From Mytilus californianus (taxonomy: Eukaryota), in contig NW_026262690.1 in assembly GCF_021869535.1 (NCBI RefSeq), positions 47,554,001 to 47,618,000 on the forward strand: DNA of 64,000 bases. The letters run 5' to 3'. A program made the position numbers and the translations under genes. The number at the start of each line of letters is the position of its first letter. The first letter of the stretch is position 1. Positions 26,500 to 39,700 of the stretch are shown here, one piece after another. The notes beneath the pieces were generated by a model. That model was not told where the DNA came from and made no database searches. It saw only the letters and a program-made list of their open reading frames with translations.

Positions 26500-29400
26500 A
26501 GTCTAAATTGAAAACAACGTTCAAACCTATGATTGCGTTGGATAAAAACCGCAATTTTTATACGTGTGCATGCAAAAAAATTTCTTGGTAGAGGCGTCTA
26601 AATACAGCACAAACAACATTTTCCAAAAGACCAAAAAAAGTATTAAAGTATATTTTAACAAAACGCATTTGACTAACAGGTCGATCAACAAATGTTCTTA
26701 AACCCTGCTGACTGCCATTGGCGATTGCCAAATAAACGGATCACCGATGTAATAAATGGATCTTAATTTTAAATTTGATACTAAACAGAAAACAAAAAAC
26801 TTGCGGAAAAGATGATATACCGCAAACAAAAGGTTCAAAGGTTTTTGTACACCATATCCGGATTTCGACAAATAATGTCTCTTCAGTGATTTTAGGAATC
26901 GAAACGGTATTTGGAAATCCCAACAATTTACCTCAATTTAAGATAGACTCTTGAATTTTTAGGAGTTAAAATAGGATGAACGGATCATATAAACCCTAAG
27001 GCAAATATATATATATACAAGTCTAAATTGAAAACAACGTTCAAACCTATGATTGCGTTGGATAAAAACCGCAATTTTTATACGTGTGCATGCAAAACAA
27101 ATTTCTTGTTAGAGGGGTCTAAATACAGCACAAACAACATTTTCCAAAAGACCAAAAAAGTGAAAAAGTATATTTTAACAAAACGCATTTGACTAACAGG
27201 TCGAACAACAAATGTTCTTAAACCCTGCTGACTGCCATTGGCGATTGCCAAATAAACGGATCACCGATGTAATAAATGGATCTTAATTTTAAATTTGATA
27301 CTAAACAGAAAACAAAAAACTTGCGGAAAAGATGATATACCGCAAACAAAAGGTTCAAAGGTTTTTGTACACCATATCCGGATTTCGACAAATAATGTCT
27401 CTTCAGTGATTTTAGGAATCGAAACGGTATTTGGAAATCCCAACAATTTACCTCAATTTAAGATAGACTCTTGAATTTTTAGGAGTTAAAATAGGATGAA
27501 CGGATCATATAAACCCTAAGGCAAATATATATATATACAAGTCTAAATTGAAAACAACGTTCCAACCTATGATTGCGTTGGATAAAAACCGCAATTTTTA
27601 TACGTGTGCATGCAAAACAAATTTCTTGTTAGAGGGGTCTAAATACAGCACAAACAACATTTTCCAAAAGACCAAAAAAGTGAAAAAGTATATTTTAACA
27701 AAACGCATTTGACTAACAGGTCGAACAACTGATGTTCTTAAAACCTGCTGACTGCCATTGGCGATTGCCAAATAAACGGATCACCGATGTAATAAGTGGA
27801 TCTTAATTATAAATTTAATACCAAACAGAAAACAATAAACTTGCGGAAAAGATGCTATACCGCCAATATGAGGTGCAAAAATTTGTACACCATATCCGGA
27901 TTTCGACAATTAATCTCTCTTCAGTGATGTTAGGAATCGAAACGGTATATATATATACTACATGAAACTGGCGGTCTTTAAAAATACCACTCACAATGTT
28001 ACATACCATCTTTGTCTATTTCTCGAAACATTTCTTCAAGTTCATCTTTAGTTGGGTTCAGTCCTAACCCACGTACAACACCAGATACTTCAACTCTTGA
28101 AAGTTTCCCTGATTTGTCTTCATCAAAAATGTCAAAGTATTCTCTAATTTCTAAAATATTTCATTACAATTACAGTGCGTATATGTACATTATATATATA
28201 CTTGAATTATCTATCACACTTTGTTTCTTTATTAAAGATAAAGAAACCATCTCTCCTGTATTTGTTTCACTAACAGGGTCAAAGTCAGAATTTTTTATTT
28301 TTCATAGAATTTGAATATTAGAGAGTATCTACTGTACTGTACCCAAACATTTGTCAATATTTTGTTTTAGTTTCCATAAAATCAAAATGTTAATTATTTA
28401 GCGCTACATGTGGCTGTTGAAAACATGTTTATACAATATTTCAAATTGTACATGTTTATTTTAAATGTTGCATCAAAGGACTTCTTTAAACACAATTGTT
28501 TATTTTGTTTGCGTCTGAAAGGCTTCCTTCTGCTTTATAAAAATAATAAATCGAGGTTCAGAGTGAAGCTAACTAAATACCCCAGAAGCAAGATAATTCA
28601 GATGAAAATACTTAAAGAAATATGTTAGAGAACATACAATCTCAGCCTTCTCCTAATGCAATAGCATAAAAAAAACATTTTACTTCTCTAGTACCTGTTG
28701 AACATGCATACATGATTCTACACTTGAAAACAGATTGAAATAATTAGTTCAACTATGTTTCATAAAACAGATACAAATATCTTTATAATAGCAACATTTC
28801 CCCTTCTTTTCATCCAGATTGACTCACACATGCGACTTGTCGCCGCATGATTACTTGCCAGCAGGAAGTCCTTTCCGTGATTTCATTACCGATTGGTGGG
28901 GTTCGTGTTGCTCAATTGATATTTTTTGTATTTAATGTTTTGAAGACTTTTGTTTGTTTTTCTCGTTTTTCTTTAGACCATGATGTTGTCTTTAACTGAG
29001 TTTAAAAAATATTTTATTTTTCAAAATTCCTCAATAACAATTATTCAATAGAAATAAAGGGATTCGGAAACAAGAAAAAGGTAAGTCTCCCTGAGACACT
29101 TATGCTCATGATTTGTGATTTCCCATTTGGTACATTCTTTTTCTTTTTGTTGGACAAAAATCCAACAAGTTTGCAGTTTTTAACTTGCCGTAAGTATTTA
29201 TAATTTGTTCAAGTGTTCTTTAAACCTCACATTACACACATGCAGCTGTGATACTGTATCTATATTTCGATGTACAACTGGATGTTCGAATAGTTGTAGC
29301 AAGCGTCTATTGCAGTTTTTTTTTTTTAATATTTAACCGATCATAACTGTAAAATTTACAACAAATGAATAAAATAGAATAAAGAAATATATAACACAAT

Positions 29401-32400
29401 AAATAAATCTCTGATGATCTTGAGTTTACCTTGTTGTTGTTCTTCACTCAGCTGAGAAGCCTGAAATTTTAAAACTTATTATATCAATGATTTTTATTTC
29501 CGACATGTCAAACATAACTGATTTTCGACATAAGTATTAAGAAAACATGGATTTTATATCCATTAGTTGGATAAGGTGGAGCCTTCAACTAATCCGGTCT
29601 GCTTTCTTATATGAGGCTAAATTACGTTTCAAAACGTTGTTAGCTTCAATCCGTTCATATAAAAATGATAATATTTATTACAAAAACAACAAACAAAACA
29701 AAATATGATAGACAGCAACGAGTCTCCTGGCTTGTTAAACATGTCTGCCTATGCTCAACCCTCTCGTTAACATGGGACAGTAGTACACGATGCTTGTAAC
29801 AGTACCACATATCACTCGAAAATGGCCCGACTCGTCAGATCGACACAAAGCACAAAAACAAAACTTACAATAAGGCTAATGACACAAAGTATTCGAAGTT
29901 GCTGAAGGATAGTTCAAAACTCATTACATCTAAAAAAATAAATCATGTTTCCTAGACTAAAACCGATTTTACTCATCATAACATCTGATCTGAAGCAAAA
30001 ATATAGGAACGACCATTCTCTGGTATAACGGTTGATGGATGTATTAAGGTTAATGCACTTTTCATTTCAATGGACTGTGACACAATTGTTATAATTGTTT
30101 GTAGTTTAATCATTACAGAATTTTCTATCTCTTATATTTAATTCATTTCCGAAATGAATACATTCAAATCTAAATGAAAAGTTTAAAGTCAAAGCCAATT
30201 ATTCTGTTTGTATTTCTTTTCGTCTATCATTGATGATATAATTGAAGTATTTTAAACAAGTTTGTGGAATTTGACAAAATTAGAAAATGAATGGCTTGCA
30301 TGGTTGATTTTAACTGTTTAGTTTATTATAAAGTCTGACGGACAGTTATCTGAAACAGTATTGATGTTGAAACTTTGTTAAGGGGCATATCCATGATTTA
30401 TGTCTTAATAATTGCACTTTTACGGAAGCGTATATCGACCACGCGTTATTAGTAATTTCGACGTAAACTTGTGTTATTTTATGAGAATTAATGCTTTATA
30501 AGATGATAAAATAGGATTATTATATAACGATTATGTCATTATTAATTATAATGTTGCTTTGGTTTTCTTTGGGTGTTACTTTATAATATTAAAAACAATT
30601 TAATTAAACTGTCGATATTATTATAATTGTAAACTTGTGTTAATTTATGAGAATTAATGCTTTATAAGATGATAATATTCGACTATTATCAAACGATTAT
30701 GCCCTTATTAATTTCAATGTTGCTTTAGTTATCATTGGGTATTACTTTATAATATTAAAAACAAATTAATCGGGGGCGTAGCTACCTTGTTAATGAAGTG
30801 GAATCACAAACTGAAGGACGAGGGGTCTGGGGGCTGCCTAATGCCCCCAGTTGGTCCAGGGCAAAGCCCTGGTAGGGGGCCAGGTGGCGAAGCCCCTCGG
30901 ACGCTCCGCATATATAGCGTTCCAAAAAACAATCAAAACCGTATTAAAATTTGTACAGTTTTGTTGCGTTTTTTTTTTGTCAATTATTTGTTTAACTTCG
31001 ACATATACAAGTGGAATGAGGACTAAAATTGTAATGTGCATTTTTTGTTCACCGTGAAAGCTTTTAAAATCACGGAGATTTCTTCCATATATTAGTATTT
31101 GTATTGAGCAAAGTAGATATAAAAATATGGAGATGTCGTATGATTGCCAATGAGACAGCTCTCCAAAAGAGACCAAATGACACAAAAATTATTAACTATA
31201 TGTCACCGTACGGCCTTCGACAATGAGTAAAACCCATACATTACAAAGTGGTATCAGTTGTTTACCATTCGTTAGATGTGTTTGAGCTTTTAATTTTACC
31301 ATTTCCTAAAGGACTTTCCGTTTTGAATTTCCCTTTGAGTTCGGAATTTTTGTTATATTACTTTTTCAGTTGGTAGACAAGAAGTAGGAAGGGAACTGAC
31401 AGATAAAAAATTCATGAAGCTTCTTACTAAATATTAGATTTCTGCCAGAAATAGTTCCTGAGAAAAATGCCACCAAAACTTCCATGTATGAATATATGTA
31501 CGAAAACAAAATGAGGTCGGGAAACAGGAAGTAGGAAACTGAGTAGTATTTTGCTTTGATGAATAGTTGCTGAGAAAAATGTTGTTACGGACGGACGCAT
31601 GGACAGATACACAGTAACCAGTATACTCCGTACTCCGTTGGGCAAGGAACGGGAGGATAAAAAGAAAAAAAAATGTCATTCACAATAATTGCATTATGTT
31701 GGAACCAAACCAGCCGTTTTTACAGGTGGTGGCCACAGATTGCACGACAAATCTCTTAACGTAGAAAACACATTCTGTATATATTTTTCAATTTCTTTAT
31801 AATTTTAGATTTCGCTTCCCGATCACAGCGTCCATCTTTGAGGTTTTTCTGTGCTGTAGTAATCGTAACTTCCTGCCTATGCTCATCTTTAATGATTTAA
31901 TTATTTATAACTTTTAAAATGTATTTAAGTATTGTGCATTACTTCATATATTTCATAATAAGAATATAAAGATGAGATTTTAACGTCTAGTTGACGATAA
32001 CCATGAATAAGTAAGGGACTTTCAACAATTATAATAATATCGACAGTTTAAATTAATTGTTTTTAATATTATAAAGTAAAACCCAATGAAAACTAAAGCA
32101 ACATTATAGTTAATAATGACATAATCGTTATATAATAATCCTATTTTATTATCTTATAAAGCATTAATTCTCATAAAATAACACAAGTTTACGTCGAAAT
32201 TACTAATAACGCGTGACCGATATACGCTTCCGTACACTTTGGTTCTATGGTAAACAAGAGTTTTACATCCCAAAATATCAAATTTAAAAGACATATCCTA
32301 GAAAAACCACATTGAAATCGTAAATCCACAGAATTACCTGACAATCATAAAAAAAAAGATGTAGAGACAACTCCAAAAATACCATTCAAATGATGCATCC

Positions 32401-33110
32401 CTAAATTCAACAAATTAAAAAAAAGTTGTAACACCCCACAAAGTCGGAGTAGAAAAGCCTATTTACAGAAAATTTTTGTGAATTACTCCCTTATCTTGTA
32501 GAAATATAACTTCGCTTAACGTAAATGTTTTTTTTTATTTTACTTACGCTTGGTTAGCAACATTATTAATCATAACAAGCTTGGTAGATATTTTAATTTA
32601 CCCGAGAAACTACTTAATTAAAATATTGCTGCCAATTTTGAACAAATATATGTATGTCATACTCTGCGTTTTACTTATTGTTGTATTGTGTATAAGAGTG
32701 ATTTAATCTTTAAAAAAGTATTTAAAATTTCACTATGTCTGTGTATGTGATATGTTTCACGTATAATTAATTTGTCAAACATTGTAAATATCCTATAAGT
32801 TGTACTTGCTTTTGGAATAAGATAATTATATAATTGAAATAATCATGATAATTATTGATTGGATACTTATAGCTACATGTATATGGTTCAGTAGTACATT
32901 GTGTTACACGAAAATCATTATCACGTTACAAATGTTTAAAAATATCGATATTCGTATTATTGTTGCCAAAACCTGCAATATCATTCTAACAAGGAGAAAC
33001 AGTATTTCATATAATTAATTGCTATATATATCTATTTAAATGGTCTCTCATAATTCTTTAAAGAATGACACATATATATACTTTATTTGTTTTTATGTAT
33101 GTTTACTGTA

Positions 33111-33161
<51 letters not shown>

Positions 33162-33791
33162 CATGTTTTAAATGTATGTTGTATGTGGTGAGATTTTAAT
33201 ATACTATTGAATCTTGAATCTACAGCCAGGACAGTCTGATTATCCGATATATTTTTTTTTCAAAATATAAAGAGATTTTAGGTATACGTAAAAATCCCAG
33301 CAACCAAAAACCAAAATAATTTTCTTGCATTTACCGTGAAAAATATGTATCCATTACTTACTTCAAATCAAATCAAATATTGTTCAGTACTATTCAGTCC
33401 GTTTATTCACATACCCCACCATTGCAGGGGTGTACATAAATGTGACGACTTTATAATGGTAGCATATTTGATATAAAACTGAAGTTTTATGTTTCGAGTA
33501 TCTTGTGTGAATAAATGTTTTCGTTTTTATGGTTTGCTCTTGGCAGGAATCATACAGAACTAGTTGGTGTTAACTTGTATATATGGCCTAACAAATATTT
33601 TATTATAAACATACGGATGTAAAATGTATTTAGTTTTGATCTTTCTTTCGCTGCGTGACTAAAATAAAAGGTATAATAGTCTAACGATTTTATTACTTAA
33701 CTTTGCCATATTTTCTTTAACATGCATAGGCATATAAAAAGGACGATATCGTTGAAAAGCACTAACGAAAAAGAAACTACTATCTTACCAT
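21581..33791 (-). CDS. Calmodulin-like EF-hand protein B (152 aa); exons complement(33789-33791, 29430-29460, 28007-28150, 23088-23339, 21581-21609)
   Basis: GT-AG, in frame, sizes 3/31/144/252/29. MASQLSEEQQQEIREYFDIFDEDKSGKLSRVE...DKDGSNEIEYNE...DKDGNGFIDIEE...DIDGDGLVNYEEFVNLMNPQ*. ATG exon chosen for its gtaag donor and similarity to gene A; less certain. Confidence 0.87.
24663..26200 (+). mobile_element. Tc1-family DNA transposon, decayed; right TIR not found, end approximate
   Basis: TA|CAGTCCGCCAAAAGTTAAGCACCACC left end; lies in intron 3 of gene B. Confidence 0.8.
24988..25966 (+). pseudogene. Tc1 DD34E transposase, frameshifted
   Basis: GRPR, WSDES, DDNA-(34 residues)-E within SPDLNPMEHVW; split over three track ORFs. 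Confidence 0.9.
26299..26454. mobile_element. MITE-like foldback: 65-bp inverted arms (1 mismatch), 26-bp spacer, TA-flanked
   Basis: Arms 26299-26363 and 26390-26454; the right arm runs into a (TA)n tract (about 26451-26497). Confidence 0.8.
26498..27960. repeat. Head-to-tail array of a 520-bp unit (2 full + 1 partial), units joined by (TA)n
   Basis: caagtctaaattgaaaacaacg at 26498, 27018 and 27538; the third unit is truncated near 27948. Confidence 0.92.
30421..32234. mobile_element. Non-autonomous DNA transposon with ~210-bp TIRs and a 6-bp TSD (IS3EU-like)
   Basis: CACTTT|TACGGAAGCG...CGCTTCCGTA|CACTTT; TIRs about 30421-30630 and 32026-32234; internal subterminal duplication and nested repeats. 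Confidence 0.85.
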
Positions 33792-36777
33792 AATCAGATC
33801 TTCTTCAGAGAATCTCCATTAAAGTTTGTTTACTCAAGGGTAAAGGAAAATAGTCAATAAGTTGATTTACTTTTTAATATCTAAATGAGGTATTCTAAAA
33901 ACATTTTCTGACGTGTTCCTAACATGACAATGAAACCTTTAAATAATCCTTAGTGATTCTTTGTATAACCGCAGTTGATAGTAACTATAAATATAAAGGT
34001 TATTGAATTTATATTTAAGATTGATTAAAAGTGGGGTTAAGGTTCAGTTCTTGATGTTTAACATATGAAGCAAGATAACTGTTAATTGATCTATCCATTT
34101 TATTTTGAGTCTATCGAATGAGGATTAGTGTGGTGAAAATGTTTCCATTTAACAACTCATATTTTGACTTAAAAACTGAAATACGAATAAAGTGATATTT
34201 TAGTTACACATCAAAAAGACTTTAACCCAACAAAAAAGCAGTTCGATGATAAACAAACAATTAAACCAAGAAACATGTTCTAAATTGAACCAAGTCTGGA
34301 TAAACGGTTAATGGGATCAACAGAAAAAATCAATGAAATAGCTTATTATGGCAACGAACTCCCAATAGAATAAAAAAAGAGAGAAAACGCAAACAACTGA
34401 CAAGATTCGAGACTTTGAACAGATAGAAAAACATTTAGCGGAATGAGAATAGTATATTGAATAGTCAATCCTAACTACCAATTATCTCGATCATCATCAG
34501 AACACGGATTAAATAGCAGAATACAAATGAATCCAGAACCAAAACTTATTTTAATTGTATGATGAAATAGTTTCAAGTCTTAACACATGAAAGGATGCTC
34601 ACAGTAACAGTTTTGGAAAGCAAATTCAAAGTACTTCATCTGAATAAAAGATGATACGGAAGTTTATGTAATTGGGACATAAAAAAAATGGAAATATAAA
34701 AAATAATAGCAGCAACATTTCCGTTTTGTTTTTAGATTTGAAACTATATATAACGAATTGATATTAATCAGCAAAATTCAAGAACTGAGTGATTCAACAA
34801 CATCATTTAAATTTTAATAAAAATTACGCTTTCGTACACATTTTCTACTGTGATCTAATTATGCTCTATTGTTACTGGTCACAGAATAAAGTATGTCATG
34901 GCATGAAGAGTGCAACGCTGAAAGTACAATAAAGTACCTTATATGTATTTCTAAAAGTAGCCAATTAATTTGGAGTACTATAAAACTCAATTTGCCGACC
35001 TTATCCAATTTATTATACTTTGCAAAAGTTGTTTTCCGTTTTTATCATTCTTGTTGTATCCTAACAGCATTTAAGATCAAATTCTGTATACTGTTGAAAT
35101 AAAAACCTGTCCTGATTTTAAAAAAAAATAGTCCGAGTGGTCTCTCTGATAGACGACTCGACATGCTTCTATAGACGGTCCGATTTATGTTTTGTATAAT
35201 AAGGTCCGAGTTGTCTTTTACTCGGGCATGAGTTGGTTTCATTATAATGTTTATGATGAGTTCCAGTACGGCATGACTCGTGGCAAGATATATATTTTTG
35301 TGTCCGGAATAGCCTCAAACGCAGTATGATGGGTTTTTTTCTCTCATTATTTCATGCGCATGAGCAAATAATCCCCATATAATTTTAAAAGAATTGAAAA
35401 ATATATTTTTATGATAATCATTGAAAATGTTTACCTTAACTTGGTGGTGTTTAGAAGGTTTTTAAGCGAAATACGATATATACATGACAGGCAACAAATT
35501 TAGCATCATAATAGGTAACACAAGCGCTCCTTGAGGAAAAAAAAAGAGTAAACGTACCATACGACAATATCTTAACAATGGAATAAGTAGAGGAAACTGT
35601 GGTTCATGAAGGTCCCTAAAAGTCAAAATGAAAAAAAGCTGTCGGTCTGGTTGTTAGATATTGATAGGCAAAATCAAATACAGCAATATATTCTAAAAAT
35701 GGTCTTTTATCAATTAGAATCAAGACTTAATATGTAATAATTACACTAGACTTTCCTTAGAATAGAAACATGCCTACATTTGCTGACTAGGACATCTATA
35801 ACTCACTGAACATAATGTTTTGGAAAACGTTTTGTGTTTGAACTTGTTGACAGAGCAGTCTATGTTGAACCATCTGTCAAAGCAGTCAGTAAAGGTGTCG
35901 ATGTTGAACCATCTGCTAAAGCAGTCAGCTAGTACTTCTTAGTTAATTTATGTTGATCATTGTCATTTTGCTTAGTTTCATCTGTTACCTATCATAACAT
36001 CGGACTTCTTTTAAACTGAGTTTTACCGTGCGTTTTGCTGTGTGCTTGTTTATTCGACATTGACTAGAGATATATATAGAAGGTTGAGATCTCACAAAAC
36101 ATATTTAACCCCGCAGCATTTTTGCGTCTGTCCCAAGTCAGGAACATCTAGCCTTTGTTTGTCTTGTGTGTTTTTTTTTTTATTTTGGTTCATTTGTATC
36201 TTTCGGAGTTTAGTTTTGCGTCCATATCGCTGAACTTGTTTACATTATTGTTTAGCTGGAACCTGCCACCGGGAGCAGGATTTTCTCGCTGCGTTGAAGA
36301 CCCATTGACGGACTTGGGCTGTTTTCTGCTCTTTGGTCGGGTTGTTGTCTTCTTGACACATTCCCCGTTTCCATTCTCTATTCTACTAGTATCTGTATTT
36401 GTTTCCTGAATTACTAGTACTTAATACACAAACATCTTCTAAATTTTGAATTTGAAACTAACCCCGTTAATGATTTTTTACTAGTCATATACCATCCTTC
36501 TTTTGTAGAACTCTAGACTTCATTGTTGCAGCTTAGCTAAGTATGAAAACGATAACCATGTTGTGACATTGATTCATCGAAATGTTTTGAAAGAAACACT
36601 TTATCAATATTTTACGATATGGAACTCATAATGATTTACTTCACCTTTAATAACAACAGACATGAATACAAAATAGAAACATACTATTCTAAGAAGGTAT
36701 ATGAAATAATCTTCACAAACACTTCACAATTTTGTTGATAATAGACTCTAATGTTTTTGTTCAATTATTTACGTCAT

Positions 36778-39700
36778 CTATATCGCCATCATCATTTCCA
36801 CAAACTCTGGAAAATAAAAGTTATGAATAGATTTAGAATATGGTATTATGGCTTATTGTATTCATCGGCATTCAATTAAGACAGCTTAATAAGACAATGA
36901 CTATTTCTCTTATTGATATTTTAGTGAAAGCCGATTCTCTACAGAAAGATAATTGAAACAAGCGCTTTTCTATATTTAGAATGTTGTGATACTACTAAAT
37001 TGTCAAAACAGCTTTTGTATCTATTCACAAAAGTCGTACAATTTTTCTGTAAAAATTTTCCAGAAAAAAATCATCAAACGTGTTACCATAGAAATACGTG
37101 ATTGTTATATCAACAATTTTGAATAGAGGATAATATGAAGGTTACAACATGGGTTCGACAATTCTAGTTTCTCAAATTACCTCATTTTCAAAGCTGTTAA
37201 TTTTAGCTTAATCATTTGAAAATGTGTCTTGTTATTTGGTTTTTACAATTCCTCTATGATTCTGCACAATGAAGATAATATAAATCTATATAAAAATATC
37301 GGTATCGTACCTTCAATATTAACTTTTCCGTCGCCATTTTTGTCGGCCATATCAATCATTCCTTGTGCCTGCTCCTCTGATAGGTCTTCCATGAATTTCA
37401 TTAATTCATCCCGTTCGATGAATCCATCGTTATTTTGATCAAAGCATTTAAAAGCTTCTAAAAGAGATTGTTTTTCGTCCACATTAGCTATGTTGTTTAC
37501 ATAATATGCTTGAAATTCTTCCAGATCGATAAGACCATTATCTGAAAATGGATGGATTTTAGGGTCAATAATTTTAGTTTATGCGGGAAACTGGACCAAA
37601 GAAAAATCACTAACATACAGTCTTAGCATAGATAGATATTGTATTTAAATAACTGACATGTCAGTAAAGGTACCACTGGAGAATAAAGCTTACAAAAAGT
37701 ATCGTTTTTGCACCGTAATGGAATCCTAAGAAATTGAAAAAAAAAAAACTATCTTGAATTAGACAGGTGTTTCCTAAAATTGTCAAATAATATGTTACAG
37801 ACGATCAACATCTGTGATGAATTTCATTGCATTACAATGTATTGTGTAGGTGAAATGCTGCTTACACAACATGTTGAAGATTTTTTATATTTTGATGTTA
37901 AAAGTCCAATAATCCAGAGACGACTAATACAAATGTGAAAAAAAAGATATGCACATTGAAAGTTGACAACTGTGTAAAATTTTATTGTATTCGAAAGCAT
38001 TCTGTAAAACCGGGCAATTATCTATGTTTTTTTTTACAATTGAAAAATCATTAAAAAGATAAGTATATGTACACATGACGATTCAGAGTTGTGTAACATT
38101 AAATATTCTTTGTATTCCATTGAGTAATGTATGAGGAAAAGAGACTCACGAAAGCTTTTGGAAGGACAGACGGACCCAAAGACTATCAGACAGAAGGACA
38201 AAGTGAAAACAATAGTGCTCCCGAATTATCTCTGCGGGCCCACACTAACAAACATAATAAAAAGAACATGTGTGTTGCCAATGAGACAACTATCCATCAA
38301 AGACCAAAGAACAAGCAACTTTGGTCACTGGTGGAGAATTGTCTCATTGGTAATTATCAACATATTCTTGTTTTTATATGTGAACAATAACAAGTCACAG
38401 TACAGCCTCCAACAATTAGCTAAACCCACGCTGTAAAGAAAGCTATAAAAGATCCCTGAATAACAAAATGTGCAACAACTAACGGCTTGATTTAAACTAA
38501 AACAATTCTGGTAGACAGCAACCAACGACAACCACTGGATAACAGGCTCCTGGTTTAGGATAGGCACATGAAGAGTATATAATTTTATGTTTGTAACAGT
38601 ATACTGTTTACATAACAATCAGCAATATCTCTTAAGTTATAGTATTACAAGAAAATTTAATTTTGGATGTAACACGCCTTCTTATTGGTTGAATGATTTT
38701 TGTCATTCAGCTCAAAGACATAATATTGTCATGTGACCGAGACGTAATCAACGTTTTTTCATGATTTACCCCTAAAAAATGGAATTTAGAATTAAATTAT
38801 TAGGAATGACTGTAATATTTTTATGTCTATTCGAAATAACCTCAAAAATGTGGTACACACATTTAAACAACACACTGCGCGGGTTTTTCAGTGTGCACCC
38901 CATGTTTGAGTTTTCAAAACTGTTTCAGATCTAAAAACAAAACAAAAAGAATAAATAATTAAATTTTGATCGGTACTGATTATTATTGTAAATGTCGTGT
39001 TTGGTTATAAAAACAAGCGGATAAGAAAAAGAATTATGTAATCTAATATCTTATGTTCAGAAAGTAAAAAAAGTATAGGCAGTGGAATAAAACATTCATT
39101 TTCCTTGGCTTAGGGGGATATGAAGATTTGTTCACCCAAGAAAATTCATATTTCACGAGGGCATCGCAAGTAATTTCAAATTTTGCGGAACTAGTAATAC
39201 TAACCATTTGTGTCAACTTCTTTAAATACTTGTGTGATATCATCCTCTGTAGGGTTATTTCCTACCACACGTAACAATTTCGTTATTTCTTCTTTAGATA
39301 GCTTACCATCTTTATCTGTATCAAATCTATTGAACCATTCCTTGATATCTGAGAATTAAAAATAATTTGTGCACAAAAAGTAAGAAATCCAATGATGCAA
39401 AATTCTAAGAGGTACAACAAAATCATGGCTAAAGGATGATAAGACAAACGACAAACAACAGTCCACAGCACACTACAGAGAAAATATAACGCTTGAACAA
39501 CACGAACCCCACCAAAACCAGGGTGAACTCAGGCTCAAGTAAAAACAAGTGATGACTCATTTTTTGAAGAGTAAAGGGGGAGAAGAAGCTAAAACTCTTG
39601 GAATTTCGTATAAAGTGGGAAATAATACTCCATATAATAGTGCTGCTGGAATGTTGCTACAAGAAAATGGAAAATTCATATCAAAGTTAAAAAAAAATGT

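Noticed and set aside
26741-27446. Two identical 61-aa ORFs as duplicated small genes
   Set aside because: They are a by-product of the 520-bp tandem duplication, with no splice or domain support.
31264-31268. Alternative ATG|gt first exon for gene B
   Set aside because: It lies inside an interspersed repeat nested in a transposon; 33789-33791 has a better donor and resembles gene A's context.
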